Assembly: GCA_965153285.1 (NCBI GenBank)
Contig: OZ229129.1
DNA from: Podarcis tiliguerta
Taxonomy: Eukaryota
Length of the DNA: 64,000 nt
Reading direction: 5' to 3' (one strand)
Positions within the stretch are counted from its first letter, which is position 1, and each line of letters begins with the position of its first letter. The position numbers and the translations under genes are program-made. The notes under the pieces were generated by a model that saw only the letters and a program-made list of their open reading frames with translations, was not told the origin of the DNA and ran no database searches. Below are positions 27,056 to 40,730 of this stretch, one piece after another.

Positions 27056-30000
27056 GGCAGAACATTCAGAGTTTAATACAATGCGGCTCCAACCATTTCT
27101 GCCATATGACCAAGTAGGGCATATTTCCAAATGCAGCAGCCCTATTTCCTTTGTAAAAGATGGAAAAAAACACAGTTCCATGGAACAACAAGTAATGTAG
27201 TGTGAAAGAAACATTGGGGGGGGGGGGACAGAAGCCCTAACAGAATAATCAGGAAAACCAAAGCAATAATCACCACATCTAAATACAGCCTATGGCGCAA
27301 AACAGAAGATGCAGCTACACAACTCAGGTCTTATATAAACCATGGATGAAATGCTCCCCACTTACTCCTCCTTGCCCTACAACTCTCATCATAACAGGTT
27401 TCCAAACAAATAAACAACTTTTAAGCAAGAGCAAACTAGAGCAAAATCCTGGTTTTTTAAATCACATCTTAAGCCAGCCTATGGGACCAGACAATTAATT
27501 TGGCTCAGGGTGCAGGTAGCCAAGTGGGACATACGACAGATGTAGATGAACACATCCAGGTCCCATTGAGAAACTTGACCACACAGTGACAAGGAAATGG
27601 GACTGGCTAGCAAGGCAAAATGGAGGAGAAATTAGAATGTTAATACCCGCACCCTCCCCCCAATTGGGGCAAACTGGTAGAGGGGATAGCAATGGGGCAG
27701 CTACAAAAATTCTTGGGGAAAAGGAGTTTGCAAAACAACTAAGGAAACAGTTCAAAGTAAAATATTTAGGACCAGCAAGCAACTATCTTGGTCTAGAGAA
27801 CCAGTGATGGAAGTTTTTGGTTAAGTGAAAGAAAGACAATAATTGAAAGCAACAACATGCACAACTGGTTATAAAGTTGGGAATTGTGTTGCATGATGTG
27901 TGAATACTTTTGTATATGTTTACAATACTGTATTGGTTCTGTTCGAATGAGAGGGGGTGTTTGGAAAAGGTTCTTTAAGAAAAAGATAAAAGTTCCTGGA
28001 AGCTTTAAAAAGTGTTCCAGAATTCTCTTTAGTGCCTAGGAGTGGCACTCTAGGATTGATTGGTGTCCACTGGAGATGCAAATAAAGAGAGGAAGTCGCA
28101 GGCTGCAATGTCCATACAAGAAAAGCACACTCACTCCAAACACAAACACACAAAAACACAAACTCTTAGCACACACACTGACAACAAGGTTGGAAGTAAA
28201 ACAATGTGTGCTGCTGATACTGTGAGTTTTGCTGGTCAGGATTGTTAAGTACTTAACTGAGATTATACTGTGCTGGAGATATAAAGAAGGACTTTCAATT
28301 TGCAGTGTCACATTTAACTTGCCTTAAAAAGTGGAGAGAGAAATCTAGTATTTGCACTTAGCAAAAAATGAAAAGATAAGAAATGGGGGGGCGGTGAAAA
28401 GAGGAAACCCTATTGAGGGGAAATTGTGCATGTCCTGCAACTTTGTATAACAATAGCTTAAAAACTTGTAAGTGGCTTATCAATAAAGAAAGGAAAAAAG
28501 AATATCTTTTCCTTACCTTCTGGTAAGAAACCATTCTAATCTTCTGTGTGTAAAAAGTCTCTGTATGATATTGTAATTTGATTTTTTTGTAATTAAGACA
28601 ACAACCTCATGCACTCTCCCAAAAAAGAACAAGAAAGAATTTAAACAGCTTCTTCCTGCTGCTCTGATTCACCGTGTTGAGTGTTGTGAGTGTGGTGGCT
28701 TGCATTGCCTTGGTCCGCCTCTCAGGGACCATCCACTAGAGGGTGGGACAAGCCATTCCTTGGACCTCCGCCAGGATCCAGGAGGAGTCACCCCACCACC
28801 ATTGCTCTTCCAGTAGGGGAGAGTAGTGGATCCGGGTGCGCGTGAGTGGCAGGGGCTCCTGAGACCTCTAGTCATCTTTCGAATAGACAATGTTGAAACA
28901 GAGCTTTATCAAATATGAATGCTGGTCTGTATGATCCCTATTGATAGTTGTTGTTATTTCTTCATTCAGTGGGGATCGAAAGAAAAGTTATTTTTCACAT
29001 CCAAAAAAACCAAGAAAAAGAGAAACATTTATTTGGATTTTCATTCTGTCTGCAAAAGGAGACAAGAAAGATGCAGTGCTTCATCAGGAACAGTCATTAG
29101 AGAGGTTTATTCAGGGATTAATTAACAAAAAAGAAGAGGGTGCATCATATTTGTGTTTCGTAACCCTTTCATGTGCCTTTCCCTCTCTGAAAAGCTTAGT
29201 ACAAAAAATTGAAAAGCTTAGTACAAAAAAAAAAGTTTATAGTGTGGGTGTTCACCTATGTTGTTGCCTTGTTCAATGGCCTGACACTGCTGCAATTGGC
29301 TCTGATTTCGCACTTCACTATTCCCCTTCTTAATGAAAAGCACCAGGCTGAAATTGACCATTCTTGTGAACCAGAATCTCAGAAATGCACTGGCAAAAGT
29401 CCCCAGTTAAACCCAGGGGTGAAGCGCAAACCTCAACCCCTCAAGTCAAGTTCAGAGTTGGTGGATCTCGTGGGCCATCTTCCTTTGTCTGACGCGCTAG
29501 ACTATGAACGGTATAAACGCCTTGCTTTGGAAGCTGTATGGCTGTACAAGCTCCATATGAATGGATCTTCTGCATTCCATGCTTTTTATATGATTTTGCA
29601 AACTTATCATATTCTGTTTGGCACTTTAGTATATCAAAATTGATACTGCTGGGGGGGGGGGGGAGATTGCAGATGACTAAAGGACCAATTGACTGGAAGG
29701 CTCCTGAGACCTCTAGTCATCCTTCGAATGGACAATGTTGAAACAGAGCTTTATCAAATATGAATGCTGGTCTGTATGATCTCTATCGATAGTTCTTATT
29801 ATTTCTTCACTCAGTGGGGCTTGAAAATAAAGTTATTTTTCACATCCAAAAACACAAAGAAAAAGAAAAGCATTTATTTGTTTTTTCATTCTGTCTGCAA
29901 AAGAAGAGAAGAAAGACGCAGTGCTTCATCAGGCACAATCATTAGAGAGGTTCATTCAGCGATTAATTAACAAAAAAAAAGAGGGGATCCTAACAGCAAA

Positions 30001-30092
30001 AAAAGGCTGCATCATACTACTGTTTGACTCATGTTTTGCAACCCTTTCGCACGCCTGTCCCTCTCTGAAAAGCTTAGCATAAAAAAAGAAAA

Positions 30093-30238
30093 GGGATGGA
30101 TTTGGTGGGTCCCTTGCAGAAAACCAGTACTGGGAAGCAATATGTTTCTGTTATAATTGATTATGTTTCTAGGTATGTTTGGGCTACTATCCTGCCCAAC
30201 CCTGCTGTATATCACCTCATGAAAGCTTTCGGAGTAAT
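30093..30238 (+). mobile_element. Gypsy integrase core fragment
   Basis: GMDLVGPLQKTSTGKQYVSVIIDYVSRYVWATILPN matches the rve motif (x-D-l-v-G-P-L...G-x-x-Y-i-l-v-i-v-D-Y-x-t/s-R-Y). Its 3' part (AIILPNPTVDHLMKSF) recurs before the L1 C-terminal modules. Confidence 0.85.
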
Positions 30239-31110
30239 ATCTAATGACATCCCCAAAGACAAGAAAAATCTATTCCTTTAAACAACAACAGCTGCCAGAA
30301 TATGCCATCACTATTAGAATGGCAAAACAAACTTGGCAAGTATGTAGAAACGGCAAAATTGACGGCAATTATTAGAGGCCACTCAAATCAGAGAATAATT
30401 AGAGAGTCGGATGGAGTGAAGGAATACATGAAAAAATATGGTTCCGGAATTGAAATATTCATAGAGAATGTGTAAAACATGCAGGGGTAAGCAAGAAAAT
30501 AATAATAAAATGAATTGAAAAATTATTAAATCATTAACAACACAACAAGATGGAGGAAGTAAAATATTGAGATCACACATGGGTGAAGGGGAGTGGGGGT
30601 TATATGGGAACCTATAATATCATTTATAATATCATTTCTTAATTTTGTTGTATTTACATACAACAAATGGAAGCCTAGAGTATTTAGATATGTTTTAATT
30701 TAGGTAATCTATATAATAGGCTTAAATTATAAAATGAATATGGATTTTGAATTTGATGTTTGTAAATTTTTTTTTGGTTTTGAAAGAAAAAGAAAAAAAG
30801 AAAAAGAAACCATTTGAATCCACTGGAATCAGCCAGCAAGTGATCCACAAGAGCCAGATTCTGGACTTGAATAATTCCAAGAACATTTATCTTCATTTTT
30901 CATTCTGGCCAAAATTATGCCAAGAACCTTTAACTAAATTTGGCATCAATTGTGTCTTTATTTGGGGAGGTCTTGGGGGCCTTAACACGCAAGGCACCAA
31001 AGTCAGCCGTGGAAATCTTGCAACATGTCATAGATTCCATAGGTCCTCTCCAGTTGTACAGAAGATAGAAGGAGAGAGAGAGAAAAGACCTTGACTGGGG
31101 AAAGGGTCAG

Positions 31111-32665
31111 AAAATATTTGCTGCTGCAAAGGTAGCATTTCTGTTTTTAAAATATATGCATGGGGCTTTTTTGCATAGAGAAGCATTTTCTGCGTGCACA
31201 CAATAGAGAATCAACCAGGCTGGCAAGCAAGGGGCAGTATCTCGAGGTTGTTTGCTTGCTTCTCCCACCTTAAGGAAGGAAATCTTGCCCTTCTGCAAAT
31301 CCCTGCTGGTTTCTCCTCCTTCATGGCCATGAAAGGAATCAGCCCCGTCAGATCATCAGGATAAGCTAGGAAGCAAGCTGTGTGCTGCCTCTCTCATCAG
31401 AGCCTCACCATCACCCAGGGAACAAGCAACAGAACGAAGCCCCTCAGCCAGTGACTCCTGCTGCACAGGCCTTCAGTAAAATGCAACAAGTCTTGCCAAA
31501 ACAAAAAAACCAGAGCCCGGCTCAGGAGGAGCCCAATAACCTCCTTTACGACATGAATGACTGCTACTCCAAGCTGCGCAAGCTGGTGCCGAGGATCCCG
31601 CAAGGCCCCAAAGTCAGCCAAGTGGAAATCTTGCAGCACGTTATCGACTATATCTTTGACCTGCAGATCGTGCTAGAGGAGCAGGCGAAGAAGGGGCAAG
31701 ATCCGCCCACAGCTGAGACTTCCCTACTCTCTTTAAAAGCTGCAGAGCGGGCATCCGAACTTTGCTCAAAAGAGGAGAGGAATCTCTGCCGCTAACCTCT
31801 TAAAACAGACTGCAACTGTGGGATCCTGGCACTTGGTTCTCTCCAGTGAGGCAGGAGATAGAAGAAGAAAGAAAAAATAAAGACCTGAATAGGGGAAAGG
31901 ATTAGATGTTTTAACCCCGTGCATCCAGTAATGAAGAGACCACCATCTTTCTCTTCCAGATAAACTGTAGAACATGGGTCTGGCCAGCCAGTTTTGATGC
32001 CTTGACTGGTCTTCCAGAAACAACTTTCAGCCCTCAATCTGTTATTCTCTTCCAACAGCCTGAAAACAAAATTTGCAGGCCGGGGAGGGGGGACGGTGAA
32101 AGCAAGCCCACTTTTCAATAACTATCATATGGCTGTATTAAAAAAGAAGAAACTTTGCACAAGAAGAAATTTTGTGGCGTTTGTGTGTCAGACTGGGCGG
32201 ATTATTATTATTATTATTAAAGCTCTGAACACTCAGATTCTTCATGCTAGTTTACTGGTCAGGAGATTTCTTACTGAAATCACACACTTCCAACAATGCA
32301 GCAACTTGTGACAAATGTGGACTGATCTGTCATTTGCTCAGAAAAAAGGACAACAACAACAACAACAAAAAACCCAATTTACATATATGCAGCTTGTATA
32401 TATATTTTGGAATATAGTTTTTTAACATAATTTTTTGGGGGGTGAAGGGGACTTTCAAGAACATGAAAACTGAGGTGTCTTAGGGCTGTTTTGCCTCATG
32501 GTTTTTGTTGCTGAACTCTAATAGAGAGAACACATGTATCTTTTTTGGCAGGAAGGTTGATTTCTTCATCCATAAATTGTACCTCCTTTGGTGTGTGGTT
32601 TTTTTAAAAATACTTTTCATAAAAGCTTTTTGCATAATAAATCTTAAGCTGGTGTTTCTTTAAAA
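31111..32665 (+). pseudogene. ID3: Processed ID3 retrocopy 2 (open frame 31382-31795, GTG start)
   Basis: Same structure as copy 1; ancestral ATG 31329; AATAAA 32636. Confidence 0.92.
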
Positions 32666-32674
32666 AAACCAAAC

Positions 32675-32732
<58 letters not shown>

Positions 32733-35700
32733 GTGTGTGTGAACGGCAGTGCTTCATCAGGCACAATCATTAGGAAGGTTCATTTAGGGATTAATTAACA
32801 AAAAAGAGGAGGGGGTCCTAACAGCCAGAGAGGCCGCTCTGCTTGGAAAGGAGCAAAGCTATATGTACTCATCACTCCTTTTCTGCACCAAGATCAAACC
32901 CCTTTTCGAAAAGCCCTTAGACTGGCTACCCATTAAGGGGTTACTTAGATTAAGATGCTGCTTGTCCAAAGATACACCCTTATGCTGCTTGGCCCCTTCA
33001 ACAGCACAGTTTAGGAGTTCAGCTGCCTCTTCCCAATGGATGACTTTGTGGACTCACTAAAGTTTCTGGTGTGGATGTGGCTGTTCACCTGCCTTTGTGT
33101 CTTATTCAAAGGCTCTGATTTCACCTCTTCAGTATTCCCCTTATTTAGCAAAAACACCAGGTTAGAAGTGACTATTCTAGTGAAACTGCATCTCAAAAAG
33201 GGCATTGGCAAATGTCCTTTTCAGCACTTTTTTGCACAAAAATTGATTCCCTTGCAAACATGCAATCAGGTGCTATAGCCACACTGTTCACACCCTTCCT
33301 CTCAGGCAGGAATGCCTCCTTCAGGAGGTACAATGACACCATTTTCAGCCCCTGGAATCAGCCAGCAAGTGATCCACAAGAGCCAGACTCTGGGCTTGAA
33401 GAATCCCAAGCACATTTATCTGGATTTTTCATTCTCTCTGCAAGAGAAGAGAAGTGAAAGGCAGTGCTACATCTGGCTCAGTCATTAGGGAGGTGCATTC
33501 AGGGATTAATTAACAAAAAAGAGGAGGGAATCCTAACAGCCAGAAAGGGTGCTCTGCTTGGAAAGCAGCAAAGAGATGGCTGCTCCGTCCCTTCCTCCTC
33601 CTCCTCCTTCTTCTTCTTCTGCTGCTAATGGAGGCCTGGAACAAGGCGGGCGAGTTCTCGTCTTCGTCATGGCTGCCATGGGGCCACATTCACCCCATCC
33701 TCCCTGCCCTGCTGGTCCACATGGCCATTTGGAGAGGGGTGGTTTCCGCAGACCCCCCACCATCCCACCCCCTTCTTCTATGCTAGGTAAATAGAATTAC
33801 AGGATTTCCCACAGTTTCTGTACGGACATCAGCTACATGAATGCTTCAGCCCTCTTCTATAGCAAGATGGATTCACGCCATCAAGCGCTACAGGCATACA
33901 ACGCAAACCTTGTGATTCAAGAACTTTTCCATTACTTAAACAACTCCACATTTGCCACAGCGGCAGCAACACTGTCAACTTGAATGTGCTGGACATCTGT
34001 GGTTTTCTGCCTCCCCCCCCCCCACCTTCTTTTACTCCTACTTTCTTTTCTTTTACTCCCACTTTCCTCCTCCATATGCTAAAGCTTTCCTCTTCATTCC
34101 TGCTGTAATATTACTATCTTTCCTTTTAAAATAGAAAAATTGCAGGTTTCTCCACAGTTTCTGTACATACATCAGTAATATGTATGCCTCAGCCCTTTCC
34201 TACACCAAAATGGATTCCGTTCCAAACATGCCTTCAGGTGGTACAGCACACAATTCACACCCTGCCCTTAATGAACTTTTCAGTTACTGCACACAAGCCA
34301 AATTTGCGGAGGATGCACCTGTGTTATTCGCAGCCAGGTATTCCCAAAACCCCTCAACCCAAGTCTCCCTTCTCCTTTTCTGCACCCAGATTCAATGCCT
34401 TGCCAACACCTTACCAGAAGATGCAGCCACACAACTCAGACCTTATACAAACCACGGATAAAATATATATTGGTGCATTTCACCAATTGGAGCCTTTGGC
34501 ATTAAGAAAAGCATGAAGGGAAATTGGGCAAAATATAAAATGTTATTAGAGGGTAAAATTAATAAATTAAGAGGAATGGACTTTGAAATACATATATATT
34601 TGACAGGCTGGCTCCAATACTTCCAACTGAATGAAAGACAAGGAAAATAGGGTTTGCTGGAGAAATATCAAAACTAAAGGGAACTCCAACCCAGCCTAAA
34701 GGAAAATATCTATCTAAAATGTATAATCTCCACCACAATTCACACCCTGCCATCAAAGAATTTTTGTCTCACTTAAAACACTCAACCTTTTCTCAGGATG
34801 CATACCTCAGAACACATAGGAACAGAGGAAGCAAAAAGGACAGGCCACACAAGCCAGTGACTTCTGTCTTGCAGGTAGATTTCTCGGATGACCCAGACCA
34901 TTTCTCAAAGGGGGGAAGAGGAAGAACCACTGGAATATTGAGATGAAGAGGAGGAGGAAGAAGAGGAGTACAACAACATTGGTAACCACAGAATGCAGAT
35001 GCATTCTGACAAAACAAAAAGCTTAGTAGAAAAAAAAAGTTTATAGTTTGGGTGTTCACCTATGTTGGTGCCTTGTTCAATGGTCTGACACTGCTGCAAC
35101 TGGCTCCGATTTCACTCTTCACTATTCCCCTTCTTAATGAAAAGCACCAGGTAGAAATTGACCATTCTTGTGAACCAGAATCTCAGAAATGCACTGGCAA
35201 AAGTCCCAAGTTAAACCCAGGGATGAAGCGCAAACCTCAACCCCTCAAGTCAGGTTATACAGTATTTGGTACTGCAATTGTACTATTGATCTTTTTAAAA
35301 TATAAAATTGCAGGTTTTCCCACAGTTTCTGTACGTACATCAGCTATATGTACACTTCTCCCTCTTTCTACAGCCACACAACTCAAACCCTGCAATTAAA
35401 GAACTCCTGTCAAGACACTTCTGAAGTGGCCTGCAAGTATTTCACTGAACTGCCAGTGCCCACTTTTGGAACAATGGCCACCTCCGGGAAGTGTGCAATT
35501 CCAGAAAAACAGAGATAATTAAATGCATTCCCCTCTGGGTTGAATCCTGGCCATGGGGGCTCAATCCCCCCAATATTGAGGGGGCCCACATCCCCCGTCG
35601 GGTTGTTGTTATGGGGATGCAAATGACAGCCACCATCAGCTGCAAGAGACACACGCCATAGGGAGCCGAGCGGGAAATGCGACAGATGTGGAAGGACAGA

Positions 35701-38700
35701 TCTCGGTCACATGGAGAGATATAACTTCACAGAGAAGTGGGACTGGCAAGGGAAATGGTCCGCTAGTCGTGGATGAGGGAGAGGAATGGGAAACATTCAA
35801 TGTATCCATCTGTATATCATTTGCATGCTGCAGGGCTTCATACAATTTTTCTAAACCAATAAACAAAACATAAATAAAAAGTTTTGTTCATGGTAACATT
35901 AGCATTGTATACAGAAACAACGGGTTCCTTTCATATCTTTATGTATTGGTTCATTTAAATTGGTTGTACTTTCCCTCTCCTTTCCTTCTGAAAAGCTCAA
36001 AGCAGCTAACAAAAAATCAAACCATGATTTAGCAATTGAGAATATTTGTTAGGAAACAGCAGCAGAGATAACCTCCCCTCCTCCTCTTTATTTATTTGCT
36101 TCCATTTTAAGGGGGGAAGAGAAGCATGCATGTGTGAAAAGCAATGTTGTCCAATGAAATTTGATATTGTGTCACACCAGGCCCACAGATTTTTGGAGAA
36201 AAATTCAATGGTGCATTACCGGGCTATCAGCCCGTGTGTAGTTCAGATTCTGCAGTTTGATTGTCCCCCAATGGCAGAACATTCAGAGTGCTCCTTGCAG
36301 GGAATCTTAAACTTTAATACAATGCGGCTCCACCAATCAATGGTGCATTACCGGGCTATCAGCCCGTGTGTAGTTCAGATTCTGCAGTTTGATTGCCCCC
36401 AAATGGCAGAAAATGCAGAGTGCTCTGTGTCAGAGCTGGCCCACACCTCCTTGCAGGCATGTCTTAAACTTTAAGACCATGGGGCTCCAACCATTTGGGC
36501 CATATGACCAAGTAAGGCATCTTTCCAACTGCAGCAGCCCCATTTCCTTTGTAAATGATGGAAAAAACACAGTTCCATGGCAAAACAAGTTCTTTGTAAA
36601 AGATTTCGGGCTATTATCCTGCCCAACCCTACTGTAGATCACCTAATGAAATCTTTCGGCCAAATATCTAATGACATCCCCAAAGACAAGAAAAATCTAC
36701 TGCTTTACACAACAACAGCTGCCAGAATATTGATTGCAAAAAAACTGGAAGGCAGAGAAAATCCCATCACTATCAAAATGGCAAAACAAACTTGGTGAGT
36801 TTGCAGAAACGGCAAAATTGACGGCAATTATTAGAGGCCACTGAAATCAGAGAATACTTAGAGACTGGGATGGAGTGAAGGAATACATGAAAAAATATGG
36901 TTCCAGAATTGTAATATTAATAGAGAATGTGTAAAACATGCAGGGGTAAGCAAGAAAATAATAGAATCAACTGAATTATTATTAAATTATAACAACACAA
37001 AAAGATGGAAGTAAAATATTGAGATCACACATGGGTGAAGAGGAGGGGGAGCATACGGGAACCTATAATATCATTTTTAATATAATTTGTTGATTGTGTT
37101 GTATTTACATACAACCAATGGAAGCCTAGAGTATTTAGATATATTTTAATTTAGGTAATCGATGTAATAGGCTTATGTTAGAAAATGAATATGGATTTTG
37201 AACTTGATCTTTGTAAAAAAAAAAAATGGTTTTTAAAGAAAAAAGAAAAAGAAACCATTTGCAGCCACTGGAATCAGCCAGCAAGTGATCCACAAGAGTC
37301 ATTAGGGAGGTGCATTCAGGGATCAATTAACAAAAAAGTGGAGGGGATCCTAACAGCCAGACAGGGTGCTCTGCTTGGAAAGCAGCAAAGAGATGGCTGC
37401 TCCGTCCCTTCCTTCCTTCTTCTTCTTCTGCTGCTGCTAATGAGACCTGAAGCAAAGCAGGACGAGTTCCCGGCTTCATCATCGGTGCAATCTGCAAAAG
37501 GGCGGTTTCCATGGCCCCCCACCATCCCACCCCCCTTCCTCTATGCTAGGTAAATAGAATTACAGGATTTCCCACAGTTTCTGTACAGACATCAGCTACA
37601 TGAACGCTTCAGCCCTCTTCTATAGCAAGATGGATTGCCTTGCAAACACACCAATAGGTGGTACAGCGACACAGTTCACACCCTGCCCTAAATGAACTTT
37701 TCAGTTACTGCACACACTCCAAATTTGCGGAGGATGCACCTGTGTTACTTGCAGCCAGGTATTCCCAAATCCCTCAACACTAGTGTCCTTTCTCCTTTTC
37801 TGCACCCAGATTCAATCCCTTGCCAACACCTTACCAGAAGATGCAGCCACACAACTCAGACCTTAGATAAACCATGAATTGAATATAAATATCTCCTGGA
37901 ACCTACAACCCCTTGGTGCATTTCACACATTGAAGCCTTTGCCGTTAAGAAGAAAAACATGAAGGGAATTTGGGCAACATATAAAATGTTATTGGGGGGG
38001 GGGGGGAATAATACATTCAGAGGAAAGGACTTTGACATCCATATATATTTGATAGGCTGGCTCCAATACTTCCAACTGAATGAAAGACAAGGAAAAAGGG
38101 TTTGCTGGAGAAATATCAAAACTAAAGGGAACTCTAATCGAAATCTAAATGAAAATATCTATCTAAAATGTATAATCTGCTCCACAATTCACACTCTGCC
38201 ATCAAAGAACTTTTGCCTCACTTAAAACGCTCAACCTTTTCTGAGGATGCACACCTCAGAACACAAAGGGACAGCGGAAGCTAAAAGGACAGGTCAGTGA
38301 CTTCTGTCTTGCAAGTAAATTTTTCGGATGACCCAGACCCTTCCTCAAAAGGGGCGGAAGAGGAAGAAAGATGGAGGAGACAATGGAATGTTAATACCCC
38401 CCTCCAAATCTGGGGCAAACTGGTTGAGACGATAGCAGTCGGGAAGCTATGTAGAAAATCTTATTTTCTATCAGCCCCCGATTTTTCCCCAGGATAACTA
38501 ATTTTTATTTGGCTTTGGCTTTCTGTGAATTTAATTACCCCAAAGTGTATTTCTACATATATAGCAGGAGACCAAAACACTGGAAAGAAAATACAGTCTT
38601 GAAGAGACTCGTAAATTAATTGTGATGCCTATGTTGGATTTCTATTTCTTTTGTTGAGTCAGAGTACTACAATCAAGTGCTAGCATATAACTTAGGATGC

Positions 38701-39112
38701 TTCTAGATTCCATGCTCTGTTTTCTGTGAAGCTCATTGTGTTTAACACAATGTGACAAATCAGGTAAAAACTGTTAACCTTATTGTTTTTTTCTGGTGCT
38801 GTCAGAGTGTATGCTTTTGCACATTTGAAGTGCAGTCTGAAAGAAAATTATGTATATAATAAATTACCCTCCCCCCTCCAAATCTGGGGCAAACTGGTGG
38901 AGACGATAGCAGTGGGGAAGCTACAAGAATTATTGGAAAACACAGATAATGAAATGCATTCCCCCCTGGTTTGAATCCTGGCCATGGGGGCTCAATCCCC
39001 CCAATATTGAGGGGGCCCACATCCCCCATCAGGTTGTTGTTATGGGGATGCAAATGACAGCCACCATCAGCTGCAAGAGACACACGCCATAGGGAGCTGA
39101 GCGGGACATGCG

Positions 39113-40730
39113 GATAATCAGGAACGGAGCTCTCTAAGCGAGAAGCGGAACATGCTGGCAGGCCAGCACAAAGAGCTGAAGGAGAACCTGGACCGGGGAC
39201 AGCACGTGGTCTTGGACATCCTATGCAATTACCTCTTGGGGGAGTAGCTCTGAGACTGCCAGCATTTCGTGAAGATGAAATCTGGGCTGCTCATAGAACA
39301 GCGCGAGCTGGACGACAAGATCAAGCTAGGACAGGAACAGCTCAAGTGCCTTCTGGAGAGCCTCCCCACGGACTTCGTGCTTAGCAACAGAAAGGGAGCA
39401 GAACCTCCATCAGCCACCGGGACCAGCCGACCTCCCGCACCAGCATCTTCGCTCTGACCCTTCCAGACACGGCTACATCAAACCTTTTCTTCTCAGAATT
39501 ATGTAATCAGAAATCTCTTTTATCGTTTTTTTTTTAAAAAAAAAGAATTGAGGGAGGATTTAATTATTATTTTTTAATTAATGTTGGGGTGGAGGGGGGG
39601 GAGACACAGCACGGAAAGATTACTTTTTCTTCTTCATCTTCTCCCGGAGATCACGATTTAAATCTGTTTGGAATACATTGGATTCTGGTGGCCAAGCAGA
39701 AGAGACTAGCAGCAGGTTCTATGAGGGAGGTCAGTAGCTAATTAGAAATAAACTCAAGCTGTCCCTGCTGAAGGAGTCTTGTCCCCCTCCCCCCTCTGAG
39801 CACCTGACGGTGGTTAAAATAATGAAGGATATACAGTAATGAAGCCTTCATTAAAATATTAATGAGAGACCTGCTGTCTTGAACAATATGCATATTTATA
39901 TTTTTTAAAGCTACAAGATAGAATTCTGTAAAGATTTTGTACATACGCTAACCAGTTATCGATTCTACTTCAACATGTACGTAAGGGGGAAATGGTTAAA
40001 TATTATTATTTTTTGTACTTCACATGGGAAAAGAAAAGTGGAACACCCTTGCCCCCCCCCAAAAAAAACCCCCATAGTCACACATCATATCTAAATAAAG
40101 GACTCACCGGAAAAGCTACAGGCCAGGATCCAAGGATGCTTGCATGCAGAAAGATGTACTTGGTGAATGTCAACCCAGACGTTGGATGTGGGTGCAGTTT
40201 GGCATCTCGTTTTCCCTGGGCAAGGACCTCCAGTCAGAGTGCTATGGCTCTGACCTTTTTCTCCCTTTCCCCTGCATGGTGGGACGCAGTGCAGGTCCGT
40301 GAGGAGGGTCCCCCCCCCCCGTGTACCATCGAGGCGGTCACTGGATTGCAGCTTTTTATCTCTCTCAGTGCCCAGTGAATATTGCCAGTAAGTGACCTTT
40401 CCACAAAAGCGTTGCACAGCAAAATCCCGTCTTCCAGATCTGCAGTGCAAAGCAGCCGCCGTTGGAACAAGCACTTGTGTGAACCAAACAACTCAGGTGT
40501 CAACGTGAAACTGAAGCAAAGAGATACTTCCTCCTTGAGACTCTCTCTTGGGCTCTGTGATATTATTATTTTTTTTAAAAAAAAGAAAAACAGTAACAAG
40601 AGAAAGCATGGAACTGCATGCAGCCTGCAAACTTATTTGAATGACTTCTTGAGGTGGTTAATTGAATGTCCTTATTTATAGATTGCTTTAAATGGAAACG
40701 GAAAAAAATAAATTCTTCATGCTCCTGCTA
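39113..40730 (+). pseudogene. SHROOM3: SHROOM3 C-terminal fragment plus 3' UTR, copy 2
   Basis: Same as 4226-5840; here HFVKMKS matches SHROOM3 exactly. Confidence 0.88.
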
